Of a DNA stretch of 64,000 nucleotides, positions 12,721 to 26,934 are shown in pieces. Source of the stretch: the human T2T-CHM13v2.0 reference genome, Homo sapiens; the NCBI RefSeq assembly GCF_009914755.1, contig NC_060930.1, one strand, 5' to 3'. The notes beneath the pieces are model-generated. The model saw nothing but the letters and a program-made list of their open reading frames with translations, did not search any database and was not told where the DNA came from. The first letter of the stretch is position 1; each line of letters starts with the position of its first letter. A program made the translations under genes and the position numbers.

Positions 12721-14605
12721 CTGTCTAAAATGTTATCAAACAATATTACATACTGCAGAAGAATCTTTTGTAAAAAAGGGTCAATTGATGCAGTAAACTT
12801 CATGGTCTTATTTTAAGAAATTGCCACAGCTAGTCCAACCTTCAGCAACCACCACCCCGATCAGTCAGCAGCCATCAACACTGAGGCAAAACCCTCCACC
12901 AGCAAAAAGATTATGACTTGCTGAGGGCACAGGTTATAGTATTTTTTTTTAGCAATAATGTATTTGAAATTAAGGTATGTATACTGTTTTTTTAGACATA
13001 AGGCTATTGCACACTCAGTATACTACAGTATGGCGTTAATATAACTTTTATAGGTACTGGGAAACAAAAACATTTGTATGACTTTGTTTATTGTGATATT
13101 CGCTTTATTGTGGTGGTCTGCAACTGGACCTCCAATATCTCAAAGGTATGCTTGTATTCAATATTTGATGTCAGTTTTTTCTGGAAGGGGGAGGCACATT
13201 TTAAATGCTGCAGTACATTTATTAATTTAGAATCTGCTATGAAATATTTTTATGATTAATATATGTAATCACAATTGTGGGATATATTACTGTTTTTAAA
13301 GAACAAATTTTAAGTGTCAAATATTTTTCCCAGGCTTGAACATTTATATTGGTACACAGAAATAATTCACTAGTATCTCAGTATGTCATTAAGAACAACT
13401 GAAAGGAAAGACTGTTTTGGCCCCCATCCCTGTTGACTTAGTTATTGATATAGCAAAATATCTCATTATCGAGTATTCATGTCCAGCACTGCAAAGATTA
13501 CCTTTTCTTTGAACCTCCTCCTGCTTTTGCTTCTGTTTCTTCATCAACTATTCCTATTCCCTTTTCCTGACCCATATATTCCAATTAATTGCTAAATCTA
13601 GACCATTCTCTCTCCTATCATCTTGTTTCCTTAGTTCAGGACTGAGGTATCTCTCATCTAGACCACTGCCACAGTAGGTGGTTCTTATTCCTTTGATTAT
13701 AGAAGGATGGCATGGAAATAATAAGATTCATAGGAATAAAGAAATACATGTTCCCCATTACAGTAAATGACACGTAATTCTAGGACTTGAGATATCTTTA
13801 AGGATCATATAGAAGGAAAACCCAGCAAAACACAGGGGGAATAAGTGTATGCTTTTGAGAGAAACATAAGCCAGATTCACCTTCCTGTTCTGCTACTTCC
13901 TATGTAATTTTTAGCCATTTATTTACATTTTGTCAGCCTTGGTTTTCCTGTTTTTAAGGTATAATAAAACTTATAAATAGTAGTCATGTCATTTAAGTAA
14001 AAATAATTGATAAGATATCCATACAATAGGTCTCCAGGAGAAAGGAGGTCTACTATTCTTAAAAAAAATCACCCCTTTTCCATATTATGTTCTGAAATAT
14101 ATATATATCCACTCATAACAAACAAACAAACCCAAAACACAACTCATACAAATATTTATATAGTTTTTTAACAAGTATTCTAAGGAACAGCTTGCATCTT
14201 ATCATTCTCATGTTAAAATATGATTATCATATATAAATAAACAATATACTTCCTCAGGAGAGCAGCTTCAAATTCAGAATTTGGTAACTGATTTGAGAGT
14301 TTTTCCTGCTGTCTAACCTGTATTCCTTATGTTTCAATATCAACCATATTTCTTTTGCTTCATATTTCTTAAGAATGAAGCAAGTACTAAAGTGCAGGTT
14401 TCCCTGAACTAGAATTAATTTATCTTCTGTATTTGCTTTCTCCTTCAGGAGTTATCTTGTGATGACTGAGCAAAACATTATTTTATGGTCTTGCAACATT
14501 TGCATTCGTTAGCACTCCATTATAGATAAATATAGTCTTTGCCTCTAAAGTGAAGTAAATGAAAAATAATGTAAGCTCCCATGATGGATCAGGTCAAGGC
14601 CTTAA

Positions 14606-15063
<458 letters not shown>

Positions 15064-16899
15064 TAGATTTTTTTTCTTTTAATTTGTTGGGTGAGTTAAA
15101 GAAAAGTAAGATGAGCTACACACTTGCCTTTTAGTATGATTAATCCAAATAAATTCCCCATGTCTTTTAATTCCTTAGAGGTCTAGTTTGTGCTTTTGGA
15201 ATTTACATCCTGTGGCTTTTTTCTTTTGGCATATTCTTTTGGTATTCTTTCTTGAGAAGTATCAGATCTTTCCAGGTCCCCTTTTGCATTTGGATAAGAT
15301 CTCTGCAGAAATCTAAGTCTCTAGAAAGAAGATTAATAGAAAAGAACACAGTCATAATGTAATCTCAGCTGGTGGGGAGGAGAAGGATTGTTTTTTCTTT
15401 CCTTTGTATTGGTCAAGAACTAACTAGTATGCAAGCTGGTGTTGAAACGGTAGTATACTACCGAAATGATTTTCAAAATGAGAATTTCCGTTTGTTCAAT
15501 TCTTTTTCCTCGTTTCTATGTGTGTCTTCTGTTGTCTTTTGTTTAATTTAACCTTGGTTCTTTATTAAGAAAACAATCATCACTAGGGAAAGCATGCATG
15601 CTCATTTCACATCTTTTAGTGCTTGAAAAACATTAACATATCCATTTCTCTTCTAAATAGAACCTTCTGAAATAACTTGGGCAGAATTTGTGTGAATGGA
15701 AACTCATTTGTTTTAATTACACAACCAGTGCAAAAGAAGTTCTAACATGTTCTTTTATAATTCTTTGCATCCTGTATAAGAACACACATCCTATACAGAC
15801 ACTCTCATTTTTCAATTACAAGAGGATAATAGTTCCGTTTTCAAATTTCATTGGTCTCTTGATTCTTTCTTCACCGTAAATTTCTTTCAGTTTATTTTGA
15901 CAAAAGATTTATTAATTCTCACCTTTTTATTGATATCATTCTTCACAATCCTACTACTGACTATTGTTATCTTAAAGCCTGTGACCCTTCCAATTCTAAT
16001 TAAGAAAATTAAACATGTTTTATCAGCTTGAGCTATTCCAAGAAAGTTACAGAATGATTCAGTTTTACAAATCTTTTCTCACAGCCACATACATATAGGT
16101 TGAGAGTCCTGATGATCAAGCACAGACTGGGCTCTCTGGGGGCTCAGAATCCAGTGGAATAGATAGACCAGTAAATTGGCAATTAAAATGTATGCTGGTA
16201 AGAAGGGCTAGGGCATCCCTGTTTCCTCCTCGTAGCTGCACTCATGCTGGGACCAATCATCACCCACCCCTGGGCCTTATTTTTAGGACAACTTTTCCTT
16301 TTATTTATTGCCTTCTTCATACTCAGCCTTCCAAAGTTTATGGGAGCTGAGGAGACTCATGTTGATATCTGATGAATTCTCGGGGAACTGAGGCATGTCT
16401 TATTCTCAGTACTTAGTATAGTACCTGGCACAGAGTATGCTCTCAGTAGAAGTTTGTTTACTGAATCACTGGATCTTGACAGCATTAGTAATGAATAGCT
16501 GCATTCAGAGAAGCCTCTAGGCCAAACTCTTAGCAGGATAGTATTCGGTTGGCTCCTCTATTTTTCTTTCTGTCATCACACACTCTGACTTTTTATGTAA
16601 CAGGTATAGTGTGATAGAATCTAGTCATCTGGGACTTCCCAATTCCTACCTATCCCACTGACCTTCATCTTTTTTTTTTTTTTTTTTCAGATGTGACTTC
16701 TCAGGTTGTGTCTATTTGAATCTTTGATTCAGAGACTTTCAGAGATATTCTGGCAAATACTTATATTTTGATAGTTATCTGTAGTACTTAGCCCATTAAT
16801 TTAAAAATTTCAGGCAATATATTTTTCAGGGCTAATAGAAGATATATATTTAAGTATTTAAACTCTAAAAGACAACCTCAGCAGCATTATTACCATCAA

Positions 16900-17110
16900 C
16901 TCAATATTTAACATTTACTGAATGTATTCTGTTTGGTAAAACTATATTAACTGTGTGACATTCATTACCTTGTATATTCTTCACAATATTTCTATAAGAA
17001 AAGTGAAGCTCCAAGAGATTATAACACATGTTCCAGTTAACATGGACAGAAAGTGTTAGAGGTGGAATTGGAACATATGTTACCTGACTAAAGATTCTGC
17101 ATGCACCACT
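16900..17110 (-). mobile_element. MIR fragment
   Basis: ACATTTTACTGAATGT...AAGTGAAGCTCCAAGAGATTATAACAC...GAGGTGGAATTGGAAC. Confidence 0.5.
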
Positions 17111-18042
17111 ACTATGTTATGTCACCAGACCCCACTCATCCACCTTGCCTACTCTTCTGGGTATGCTATAGTAGCACTTTCTCTAATTTTTTATAATTTT
17201 AAAGCAAATCAGTTGTGTTTCCAATTGACTGGCTTGACCTTCAGCAGTAGTTCTTACTGAAAATATGTATGCCATTAAAGTAATTCACAAAGCTCTTGGG
17301 CATTTTTGGACATAAGCACTTGCATGCCTTTTGGTAGAATATCATTTCTTTATTAAAATTCTATTAAGATGACAGAGAAAAAAAAAGTAAGTTAGTTACA
17401 CTCATCTTGGCAATGACTTATCCTGAGAGAAAGCTCAGCATGTTAGGTCTTCAGATGCTTTATGAAATTGAAAGAAAAAAAATAGCCCTCATTGATCTTC
17501 TTACTGTAAGATATCAGATTTAGTATAAAGCTTTCCTTCCTTCTTTATGACAATTGGCAAGAACTATCTGTATCCTACTTTACTGTTTACATAGCTTTAC
17601 ACAACTGGAATTAGAGTCAAAATTTATAGGCAGAAAAAGTGACAACTCTTATAGATAACTATTCCTCTATCCCTCCAACAAAGCAGCAAGGGTATAGAAA
17701 TTGAAATTGAAACATACTCGAGTCCTTTAGGAGGCCTGTGCTTTAAGGCTCAAGAGACACTAAAGGATTTCTGAAGCAGGGAAGCCATTTTGTAAATCTG
17801 ATGTTTCTATTAGCTGTGATTTTCTTTAAATAGTCTCCCATTTAATTTTCTCTCTTCTGCATGAGCAGTAATTCAGTGACAACTTTTTCAATCCACATAG
17901 GTATATTTAGGCATGCTGAGGAATAAAGCTGCTTTTGGCTCATAGCGTAGGCTTCTATCCAGTGCCCCGAACTGCTTTCAGAATTTACTTTTCCATTAAT
18001 AAGTCCTTTCACACCATGGAAACCATGCAGGGGGTTTGTAGA

Positions 18043-18079
<37 letters not shown>

Positions 18080-18464
18080 AAAAAGTCTGAGTCTAGCATA
18101 GCTATGAAGGACTAGATAAATGGACTGAAACCAGTAGCTACATGAGACATTTGGTAAAGTAAATCAACACAGCGGGGATTCCCTCTTCTCAATTGATCTC
18201 AAACTTATTTGAGAATTTTTTCTTTTATCCATCAACATTTTTTCAAATATATTCTTCAACGTTGCTCTCTGTTTGTAGTAGAAAGCCTGTCTTCTGTTAA
18301 GTGTGTTTATTTTCACTGTATCCTCTGTGTTTTCAGGAGAAGGTTGGAGAGAAGCAAGGCAGAGGCATATTGAGAAAAAGTCTCCAGATCAATTTTGAGT
18401 GAAAAATAAGGATAAAATGAGAATGAAGAAATCCAAGGTTTTTCCTAGTTTGTTTCTTACTTTC

Positions 18465-18612
18465 ATTCATTAATTCATTCATCCTGGTCAGTCAGTGAGT
18501 CAGTCAGTCAACAGATATTTATTTGGTGCCTACTATGTGTCAGGAACTCTTGAAGACACTGAGGGGGCAGATAAAGAAGGCAAGACTGGCCACTGTCCCT
18601 GGAAAGCTTAAA
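18465..18612 (-). mobile_element. L2 3' end
   Basis: TTCATTCAT...CAACAGATATTTATTTGGTGCCTACTATGTGTCAGG. Confidence 0.75.
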
Positions 18613-19274
18613 GTTGTGCCTTTATTGCTAACTGTGTGGATGCTTTTAAAAAAGTAAGTTAATCTCTCTCGACTTCAGTTTCCTCATATGTAAATGAGAT
18701 GGCTTATTAGATGACTTGATTCTAGGATTCCAGGGCTTAATTAGCTATTACACCCTGATATGACCAACTCAAATCTAAAATTTGAATAAAATAAAAAGGA
18801 ATTTCTGTTCCCACAATATCCTCTCATTCCCAGCCCTTACACTTCCAAGGAGAGTTTAAAACGTTTGATACTAATGTATTCAGGTTTTACTACAGGGATA
18901 CTTTCACATATTTAACTTAAATTCCACATTTTTTATGTTCTATTTTTTCACTGGCTGGTCAACATTATTTGCTTAAGTCTTAGGAGTAGGAGTAGCAATA
19001 ACTTCCTTTTGAAAAGGAATTTTTGTCACTGTAAGCCACAATAAAGAGAGGTAACATGTCTTGATCACCTACCCTGTGCCAGGCCTGCAGCTTGGCATTT
19101 ATAACCAATCTTCCACTTAATCCTAATGGTAAAATAATTAGCTGAAATCCTTTAACAAACAAGGGATGAAACCAGTATTTGAGCCCAGGTCCTCTATTTC
19201 TAGAGCCAGCATTTTTAACCATTATTGTATATTCAAGTGGGGAAAGAGACTCAGAGGAGGTGATATTTTGGGAA

Positions 19275-19365
19275 TGAGTGACCAACTATTCTGGTGTGCC
19301 AAGGACTGTGCTGGTATTAGTATGGGAGGACTTGCATACTGGGAAAGCCCAAGCAAGCTGGGGAG
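19275..19365. mobile_element. MER81-like hAT MITE fragment
   Basis: GAGTGACCAACTATTCTGGTGTGCCAAGGACTGTGCTGG resembles the AGGGTGACCAAC terminus of Blackjack-type MITEs. Confidence 0.45.
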
Positions 19366-19381
19366 AAAGAGTCCTTAGTTA

Positions 19382-19428
19382 TTAGATTGGTGCAAAAGTG
19401 ATTTTGGTTTTCATCATTACTTTTAATG
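19382..19428. mobile_element. MADE1 (mariner MITE), about half
   Basis: TTAGATTGGTGCAAAAGTGATTTTGGTTTTCATCATTACTTTTAATG matches the MADE1 left arm. Confidence 0.75.
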
Positions 19429-20044
19429 TTTAGAATGGAAATAACTGAACACATTTAAGAGTATCCATCCTCTGAGGCTTAGAAAAATTTTAATGACTAC
19501 TTTACAGAAATGTGTTTTGCATTGTGATATTTTGAAATAAAATTTTTCATTTTAATGATAAAGAGGCATAAGTCACCCTTATATAGTTTAAATAAATAAT
19601 GTACTTTGTTTTATAACAGCAAAGTTTCAGGAGGTAATAAAATGGTAAAATCAAAAAAATTCTCCTGTACTTGTCTCAAAGTCTCCATTTAAGACTCTAA
19701 AAAGTCATCTTAAAAATAATTTTTAAAGTAAAATTTTCAAAGAGAATAATGATATCAGAACACTGGAGAAATGTAACCAGAATATAAAAAAATTAAATAT
19801 ATTCAAAGGAAATTGAATAAAAAATAGTAACTCAAGAAAGAGAAAAAATAAATTTCAAATAGAGATGTATTAATCATGGCTCTGTTTGCATGATGCTGAA
19901 CATCTGAACAGTATTTGAGAATTTTTGTCAAATATTTAAATGAATAATTAGCACATAAAGTTAAGCTTTTGAAAATTGCTTTGAAGCTATCAGTTTTATA
20001 GTAATGCTTGGCATTTTCAAGTTTTAGTCTTTAATTTAAACATT

Positions 20045-20220
20045 TTTTAAAATCAACCTTTACTTTAGATACAGTGAGTACACGTGCAGGTTTGTTACAT
20101 GGGGATATTGAGTGATGCCGAGATTTGGGATATGAATGATCCCATTACCCAGGTAGTGAGGATAATACCTGATAGGCAGTTTTTCAGCCCTGGTCTGCTT
20201 CCCTCCCTCTCCCCTCTTTC
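20045..20220 (-). mobile_element. Short L1PA/PB 3' end
   Basis: GTACACGTGCAGGTTTGTTACATGGGG...GATCCCATTACCCAGGTAGTGAG. Confidence 0.85.
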
Positions 20221-20224
20221 CAAG

Positions 20225-23200
20225 TTAGATTCTCTTGTCTAATTGCTCTTGCTAGGAACTACGATGCTGTATTGAATAAAGTGGTAAATGTTGACATCCT
20301 TGTCTTATTCCAGATCTTGGTAAGAAGACTTTCCATTTCTCCCCATTCAGTATGATATTAGTTGCAATCTTGATATATTTGGCTTGTATCTGGTTTTTTT
20401 AATGCTCAATTTGTTGAGGGTGTTTATTATAAAACAGTGTTGAATTTTATTAAATGCTTTTTCAGCATCTATTTGAATGATTGTATGGTGTTTGTCCTTG
20501 ATTATGTTGATGTGATGTATCATGTTTATTGGGTATTTTGAACCATCCTTGCATTTCTGTGATGAATCCCACATGATCTTGGTGAATTATCTTTTTAAAG
20601 TGTTTTTGAGTTGTATTTTCTAGTATTTTGTTGGGTATTTTTGCATTTATGTTCATCAGGCATGTAAGCTAGTAGTTTTCTTTTTCTGTGTCTTTGGTAT
20701 TGCTATCAGGGTAATGCTGGCCTTATAGAATGAGTTTGGAAGTATTCCTTCCTCTTCAATTTCCTTTTGAAGAGTTCGATTATAATTGACATTCATTCTT
20801 TAAATGTTTAATAGAATTCAGCAGTGAATCCATCAAGTCCTGGGCTTCTCTTTAGTGGGAGACATTTTATTATTGCTTCAATCTCACTACTTATTACTGA
20901 TTTGTTCAAGTTTTCTATTTCTTCATGGTTCAATCTTGGTAGGTTGTAAATGTCCAGGAATGTAACCATTTCTTCTAGATTTTTAAATTTATTGGTGCAC
21001 AGTGGTTCATAATATTCTCTACAATATTTTGTACTTCCGTGATATCAGCTGTAATGTTTTCTTTTTAGCTCTGATTTTATTTATATGGGTATTCTCTCTT
21101 TTTTTCTTAGTGTAGCTAAAGGTTTGTCAATTTTGTGTTTTTTAAAAAGCAAATTTTTTTTGTTGATGTTTTGTATTTTTTTGTTTCAATTTCTTCTCTG
21201 CCTTTTATTATTTCTTTCCTTGTATTAGGTTTGGGTTTAGTCTGTTCTTGTTTTTGTAGTTCCTTTAGGTTCATCATTCAGTTTTTATTTGGAGTGTTTC
21301 TATTTTTTTACTGTAGGCATTTATTGTTATAAACTTCTCTTTTAGTACTGCTTTTGCTGTATGCCATAAATTCTGCTATGGTGTGTTTCCATTTTTATTG
21401 GTTTCAAGACATTTTCCATTTTCTTCTTAATTATTTCATTGATCCATTGGTCATTCGGCAGCATGTTGTTTAATTTCCATGTATTTGTACAATTTCCAAA
21501 GTTTATTTTCTTACTTATTTTTAGTATTATTTCATTATGGTCAGAAATAATACTTAATATAGTTTTGACTTTTAAAAATTTGTTGAGACATGTTTTGTGG
21601 CCTCATTTATGGCCTATTCTGAAGAATATTCCATGTACTAACAATAAATGTTTATTCTTCAGCAGTTAGATGAAATCTGTAAATATCTGTTAGGTCCATT
21701 TTGTCTAGAGTGTAGTTTAACTCCACTATTTCTTTGTTGATTTTCTACCTGGATGTTCTGTCGATTGCTGAAAGTGAGTTATTGAAGTCCTCTACTATTC
21801 TTATATTGCAGCCCTGCTCTCTCTTTAGATCTATTCATATTTGTTTTATATATTTGAATGCCTCAGTGTTAGGTACATATAGATTTACTATTGCTATATC
21901 TCTTTCCTCATTGACCCATTCATCATTATAGATAATAACCTTATTTGTCTCCTTTTACATTTTCTAACCAAAAATTCATTTTATCTAATAGAAGTATAAC
22001 TACTATTGTTTATTTTGTTTTCTTGGTTTCTCTGCATGGAATATCTTTTTCCATCCCTTTCAGTTTATGTGTGACTTTATAAGTAAAGTAAGTTTCTTGT
22101 AGGCAGCATACATGTGAGTCCCTTTTTTATTTATTTAGCCACACTGTCTTTCAAGTGGAGATTTAGCCCATTTACATGTAGTGTTATTATTGATAGGTAA
22201 AGACTTATACTGCCATTTTATTACTTGTTTTCTAGTTGTTTTGTAACTTCTCACTTCTTTTCTTCCTATCTTACTGTCTTCATCTGGGATTAAGATATTT
22301 TCTTGGTGGTATATTTTAACTCCTTCATTTGTATTTCTAGAGTATCTATTCTTGGTTTGTGCTTTGTGGTTACTATGAGCTTAAAAAACATCATATAGTT
22401 ATAAAACACATTTAAAACTGAAGCAAACTTAACTTTTATTGCATAAAAATGAAACAAATAACCTCTCCCCCAAAATTTTGTACAAATTAATTCCCTTCTT
22501 CCTTCACATTTTGAATTTTTGATGTCATGATTTTCATTTTTTAAATTGCCTATCTCTTATCAAATTGTTTTAGTTTTTAGTATTGCTAATAGTTTTGTCT
22601 TTTAGTCTTCTTACTAAACTTATAGGTGATTGAAACACCATGATTACAATATTCATATGATAATCATGTTAGTAATTTTTTCTTTCAGTTGGAAGAACTC
22701 CCTTTAGCATTTACTGTATGACAGGTCTGGCTGTGATAAATTTCCTCAGCTTTTGTTTGACTTGGAGAGTGTTTTTTTCTCTCCTTCATTTCTGAAGAAT
22801 AGCTTTTCTGAGTAGCACATTATTCTTGGTTGGCATTTTCTTCCCTTCATTAATCTTTGTAAATCATCTCACTCCCTCTTGGCCTGTAAGATTTCTGCTG
22901 AGAAGTCTGCTTCCAGCTGTATTTGCTCTTTCTTATATATTATTTAATTCTTTCCTCTTGCTTCTTTCTATAGCCTGTCTTTATCTTTGACCATTGAGAG
23001 TTTGATTATAATATTTAATAAGAATATTAAATGTTTTTATTTGGGTTGAATATAATTGGTGATCTTTTAACTTCCTGTACCTGGAAAGATTATCTATATC
23101 TCTCTCCAGGTTTAGAAAGATTTTGGTTATTATTTCTTTGGATAAGCTTTGTACTCTTTTGCCTCACTCAGTTTTTTCTTTAACTCCAATAACCCAAATA

Positions 23201-24885
23201 TTAGCCATATAGGGTTTCATAGATCCCATAAACTTTGCTTATTCCTTTGCATTCTTTTTTAAAAAAAACTTTTTCTCTTCTGTCTGTATTTTCAAATAGT
23301 CTCCTTTAAACTCACTGATTCTTTCTTCTATTTGATTTATTCTGCCATTGATGATCTCTATTGTATTTTTCATTTCATTTACGGTATTTTTCTGCTCCAG
23401 AATTTCTGTTTTATTTTTTAAAAATCATTTATCTCTGCTAAATTTCTCTGTTAAATGTTTGAATTGGTTCTCTGTGCTCTCTTGAAGTTTGCTCGGCTTC
23501 CTTAAGACACATATTTTTAATTATTTTTCTAAGAGATTATACATCTCCATTACTTTAGGGTTGATCTCTGGTATCTTATTTTGTTTGCTTGAAGAGGTTG
23601 TATTTCTGATCTTCCTGATGCTTGTGAAAGTGCAACAATGTCCACTCATTGAAGGATTAGGTATTTATTTTGGTCTTCAGAGTCTGGCTTTGTTTTTACT
23701 TTTTCTTCTTCAAAGGGTTTCCCAGAGATTCTAAAGCAACTGACCATTGTGTTCCCTGAGCCTGTGACCACTGCAGCCATATTAGCACTAGAGGATGTTC
23801 TAATCAGGCTTGCTGTGAGTCTCATGAAGATACCAAGGTTGTAATGGCTTCCTTGTCTTCATGAACATGGGGAAAACCCAAGGAGGGTACTATGTGGGAA
23901 TGCTGGCCAGAAACTTCAGCTCAGAAATCTATCCTGATGGTCCACATAGACATGCCTCACAGAATGTCTCTGCACAGATAGGATGGGTTCCCAACAGCAG
24001 TGAGAGGGGCTAGAGCTAAGACTGGGCCCCCTTGGGATATGTGGTGGGAAAGAGGCTGGAGAGCCTGGTCTTAGCTCAGTGAATTTCATGTTGTCCTGAA
24101 AGTTCCTGCACAGATAGGATAGTTACAAACTGTAGAAAAGGGACGAGAGCTGTTACTGAGCTACATTGGGATATTCTGTGGGATGGAGGTTGGTGGACCT
24201 GTCACATTGTTTCAGATGGGCTTGTGTCTTCCAACAGACTTCCACACAGACATGTTAGTTCCCCAACTGCAGCAGTAGTGGCTAAAGTTGAGACTGGACT
24301 CCCCTAGAATCTGCTGTGAGACAGAGGCTGGAGAGCTTGATCTTAGTCCAGAGGTGTATGTTCTTGGACAGATAAGATAGTTCCTTAACTGTGGCAGGAG
24401 AGTCCAGAGCTGAGACAGGCCCACTCAGGATTTGTTGAGGGAAAGAAGCTGGATAGATTGTTCTTGTTAGCTCAGGCTGGCATGTGTCTCCCAGCAGGTC
24501 TCAGCACAAATGGGAAAGCTTCCCAACTATAGTGGGAAGGGTTGGAGCTGAGACTTGCACCCCCAAGATCCACTGTGGGGCTGAGTCTGGAAAGCCTGGT
24601 CTTGTTGGCTCAGAGGGTTTTACATCTCCCCACAAGATCCTGCAGAGCCAGAATAGTTCCCTGATTTCAGCAGGACGTACCAGAACTGGGGCTGGTCTCC
24701 CTTGAGATCTGCTGTAGAATGGAGGCCGAAGAACTTGATCATTGGCTAAGAGGAGTGCACTTCTCCCAGCAATACACTGAAGGCTCCTAAAGAGAGAATT
24801 TTGACTGCAGATGGATGCAGAATTCTTGTCATGGGGGATATGAATGGGTCACCTTTTATTCTGCTATTTTGGTGACATCACTCCC
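20225..24885 (-). mobile_element. Old L1M element: 5' end, ORF1 and ORF2 up to the RT region (3' part missing)
   Basis: ORF2 peptides [12 protein letters not shown]...[17 protein letters not shown] and [12 protein letters not shown]; ORF2 start near 22215; the 5' terminus reads GGAGTGATGTCACCAAAATAGCAG on the minus strand. Confidence 0.9.
23940..24775 (-). repeat. Diverged tandem array, ~136 bp x ~6, inside the L1 5' region
   Basis: CACAGATA-like anchors at 23973, 24109, 24245, 24367, 24505 and 24643; each unit has GAGCTGAGACTGG-like and GAGGCTGGA-like blocks. Confidence 0.85.
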
Positions 24886-26930
24886 TGGATCTCTTTTCTA
24901 TTTACGCTAAGTCTGTTGGTGATCTCTTCCAGTTCCATTGCTTATAAATTAACTCTATGCTGTATCAGGGGAACCAGCCCCCAATATTTCAATGTAGGTT
25001 CTTTCTATTTTCCACAAGTGTCAGCCAGCTGAGAAATAAAGAGAAAGAGTACAAAGAGAGGAATTTTACACCTGGGCCTCTGGGGGTGACATCACATATC
25101 GGTAGGACCGTGATGCCCCCCTGAGCCACAAAACCAACAGTTTTTATTAAGGGTTTCAAAAGGGGAGGGGGTGCAAGAAGAGGGTGGAGGTCACAAGATC
25201 ACATGCTTCAAAGGGCAAAAAGGAGAACAAAGATCACAAGGCAAAGGGCAAAAGCAAAGATCATAAGGCAAAGGGCAAAAGAAGAGTTACTGATAAGGGT
25301 CTATGTTCAGCAGTGCAGGTATTGTCTTGATAAACATCTTAAACAACAGAAAACAGGATTCAAGAGCAGAGAACTGGTCTGACCTCAAATTTGCGAGGGT
25401 GGAATTTCCCAATCCTAGTAAGCCTGAGGGTACTGCGGGAGACCAGGGTGTATTTCAGTCCTTATCTCAACCACATAAGACAGACACTCCCAGAGCGGCC
25501 ATTTATAGACCTCCCCCCAGGAATGGATTCCTTCCCCAGGGTATTAATTATTAATATTCCTTGCTGGGAAAAGAATTTAGCAATATCTTTCATACTTGCA
25601 CATCCATTTATAGGATCTCTGAAAGAAGAAAAACATGGGTCTAGTTTGCTCAACCCCACAGGCAGTCAGACCTTATGGTTGTCTTCCCTTGTTCCCTGAA
25701 AATGCTGTTATTTTGTTCTTTTTCAAGGTGCACTGATTTCATATTGTTCAAATGCACATGTTTTATAATCAGTTTGTACAGTTAACACAATAGTGGTCCT
25801 GAGGTGATATACCTCCTCAGTTTAGGAAGATAACAGGATTAAGAGATTAAAGACAGGCATAAGAAATTATAAAAGTATTAATTTTGGGAACTGATAAATG
25901 TCCATATTAAAATGAAATCTTCACAATTTATATTCAGAGATTGAAGTAAAGGCAGGTGTAAGAAATTATAAAAGTATTATTTGGAAACTGATAAATATCC
26001 ATGCAATCTTCACAATTTATGTTCCTCTGCCGCGGCTCCAGCCGGTCTCTCGGATCAGGGTCCCCGACTTCCTGCAACAATGCTGAATACACCCACATTT
26101 CATTTTCAAGCCTGAATTTATTTCCTGACCCCAGTCTCATGTATTCAACTCCTTAAATAACATCTCTACTTGGATATCTTTAAAAGTTTCTTAAATCTAA
26201 TACATCCAAAACTGGGCCCAGACTGCCATCCCCTAATTTTTCTTCTCCTACAGGACTGTTCTCTACCACCTCGGGATTGGCAATTTCATCCTTCTAGTTC
26301 CTTAGGCCAAATACCTTAGAGTCATCCTTGACCTCTTTCTGTTCCCTGCATCTACATCATCTCTGTCAGCAAATCTTGGCAGTTCACCTTTGCCGTATAA
26401 CCACTCATGACAGACTTCTTTGCTATCAAACCCTAGTCTAATACCAATATTTCTCATTTGAATTATTGCAATACCTCCCTAACTAGCCTCCATTCTTACT
26501 CTTGGTGATGGCAAACAAAATTATGTTTTAAAGAGATGTGAGAGCCTGTCACTTTCATGTTCAAATCCCTTCTCATACTGAGAAAAAGCCAAGAGTATTA
26601 CAGCAGCCTATTATCACACACAGTTTGAATTTTTTCATTCTTCTTTTCTCTGTTTTTATCTCCTACAACTCTTCCCCAGGCTCCCTGTCCTTGAACTGCC
26701 TAGGTCAAGCTCCTACCTCAGGACCTGTGCACTTGCTTTACTCTGGGCTTAAAATGGTCTTCTCAAAGACATCTGCACAACTCCTTCTCTTTTTTCTTTA
26801 GTTTCTTATATCAAAGTTACATTCTTGATGTGGCCTTTCCTGACAACTTTATTTATCATTATGCTTATGTACTTCCTCAGCACCAGCACTGCCTACCTTC
26901 TCTGCTTTATTTTTATTTATTTTATTTATG
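24886..26930 (+). mobile_element. L2 (L2a-like) split by the MER11 LTR
   Basis: CATCTCTACTTGGATATC...AATACATCCAAAACTG and CCTCAGGACCTGTGCACTTGC; the sequence is continuous across the ATGCTG TSD. Confidence 0.75.
24963..26079 (-). mobile_element. MER11 solo LTR (MER11A/B-like)
   Basis: Minus strand begins TGTTGCAGGAAGTCGGGGACCC and ends GGGGGCTGGTTCCCCTGATA; perfect 6-bp TSD ATGCTG (24957-24962 / 26080-26085). Confidence 0.95.
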
Positions 26931-26934
26931 TTAT

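Larger units (their letters stand above)
10540..13154 (+). mobile_element. Full-length Tigger1 DNA transposon (TcMar-Tigger), inactive
   Basis: Termini AAGATATACCTC... and ...AAGGTATGCTTG flanked by TA; ~2.44 kb after removing the Alu; transposase fragments in several frames. Confidence 0.95.

Noticed and set aside
14430-14600. Strong acceptor TTTGCTTTTCTCCTTCAG as the start of a coding exon
   Set aside because: All three frames hit stops within ~65 nt and there is no convincing donor
23940-24775. CRISPR-like repeat-spacer array
   Set aside because: Eukaryotic context, whole units are homologous with no unique spacers, and there are no cas genes
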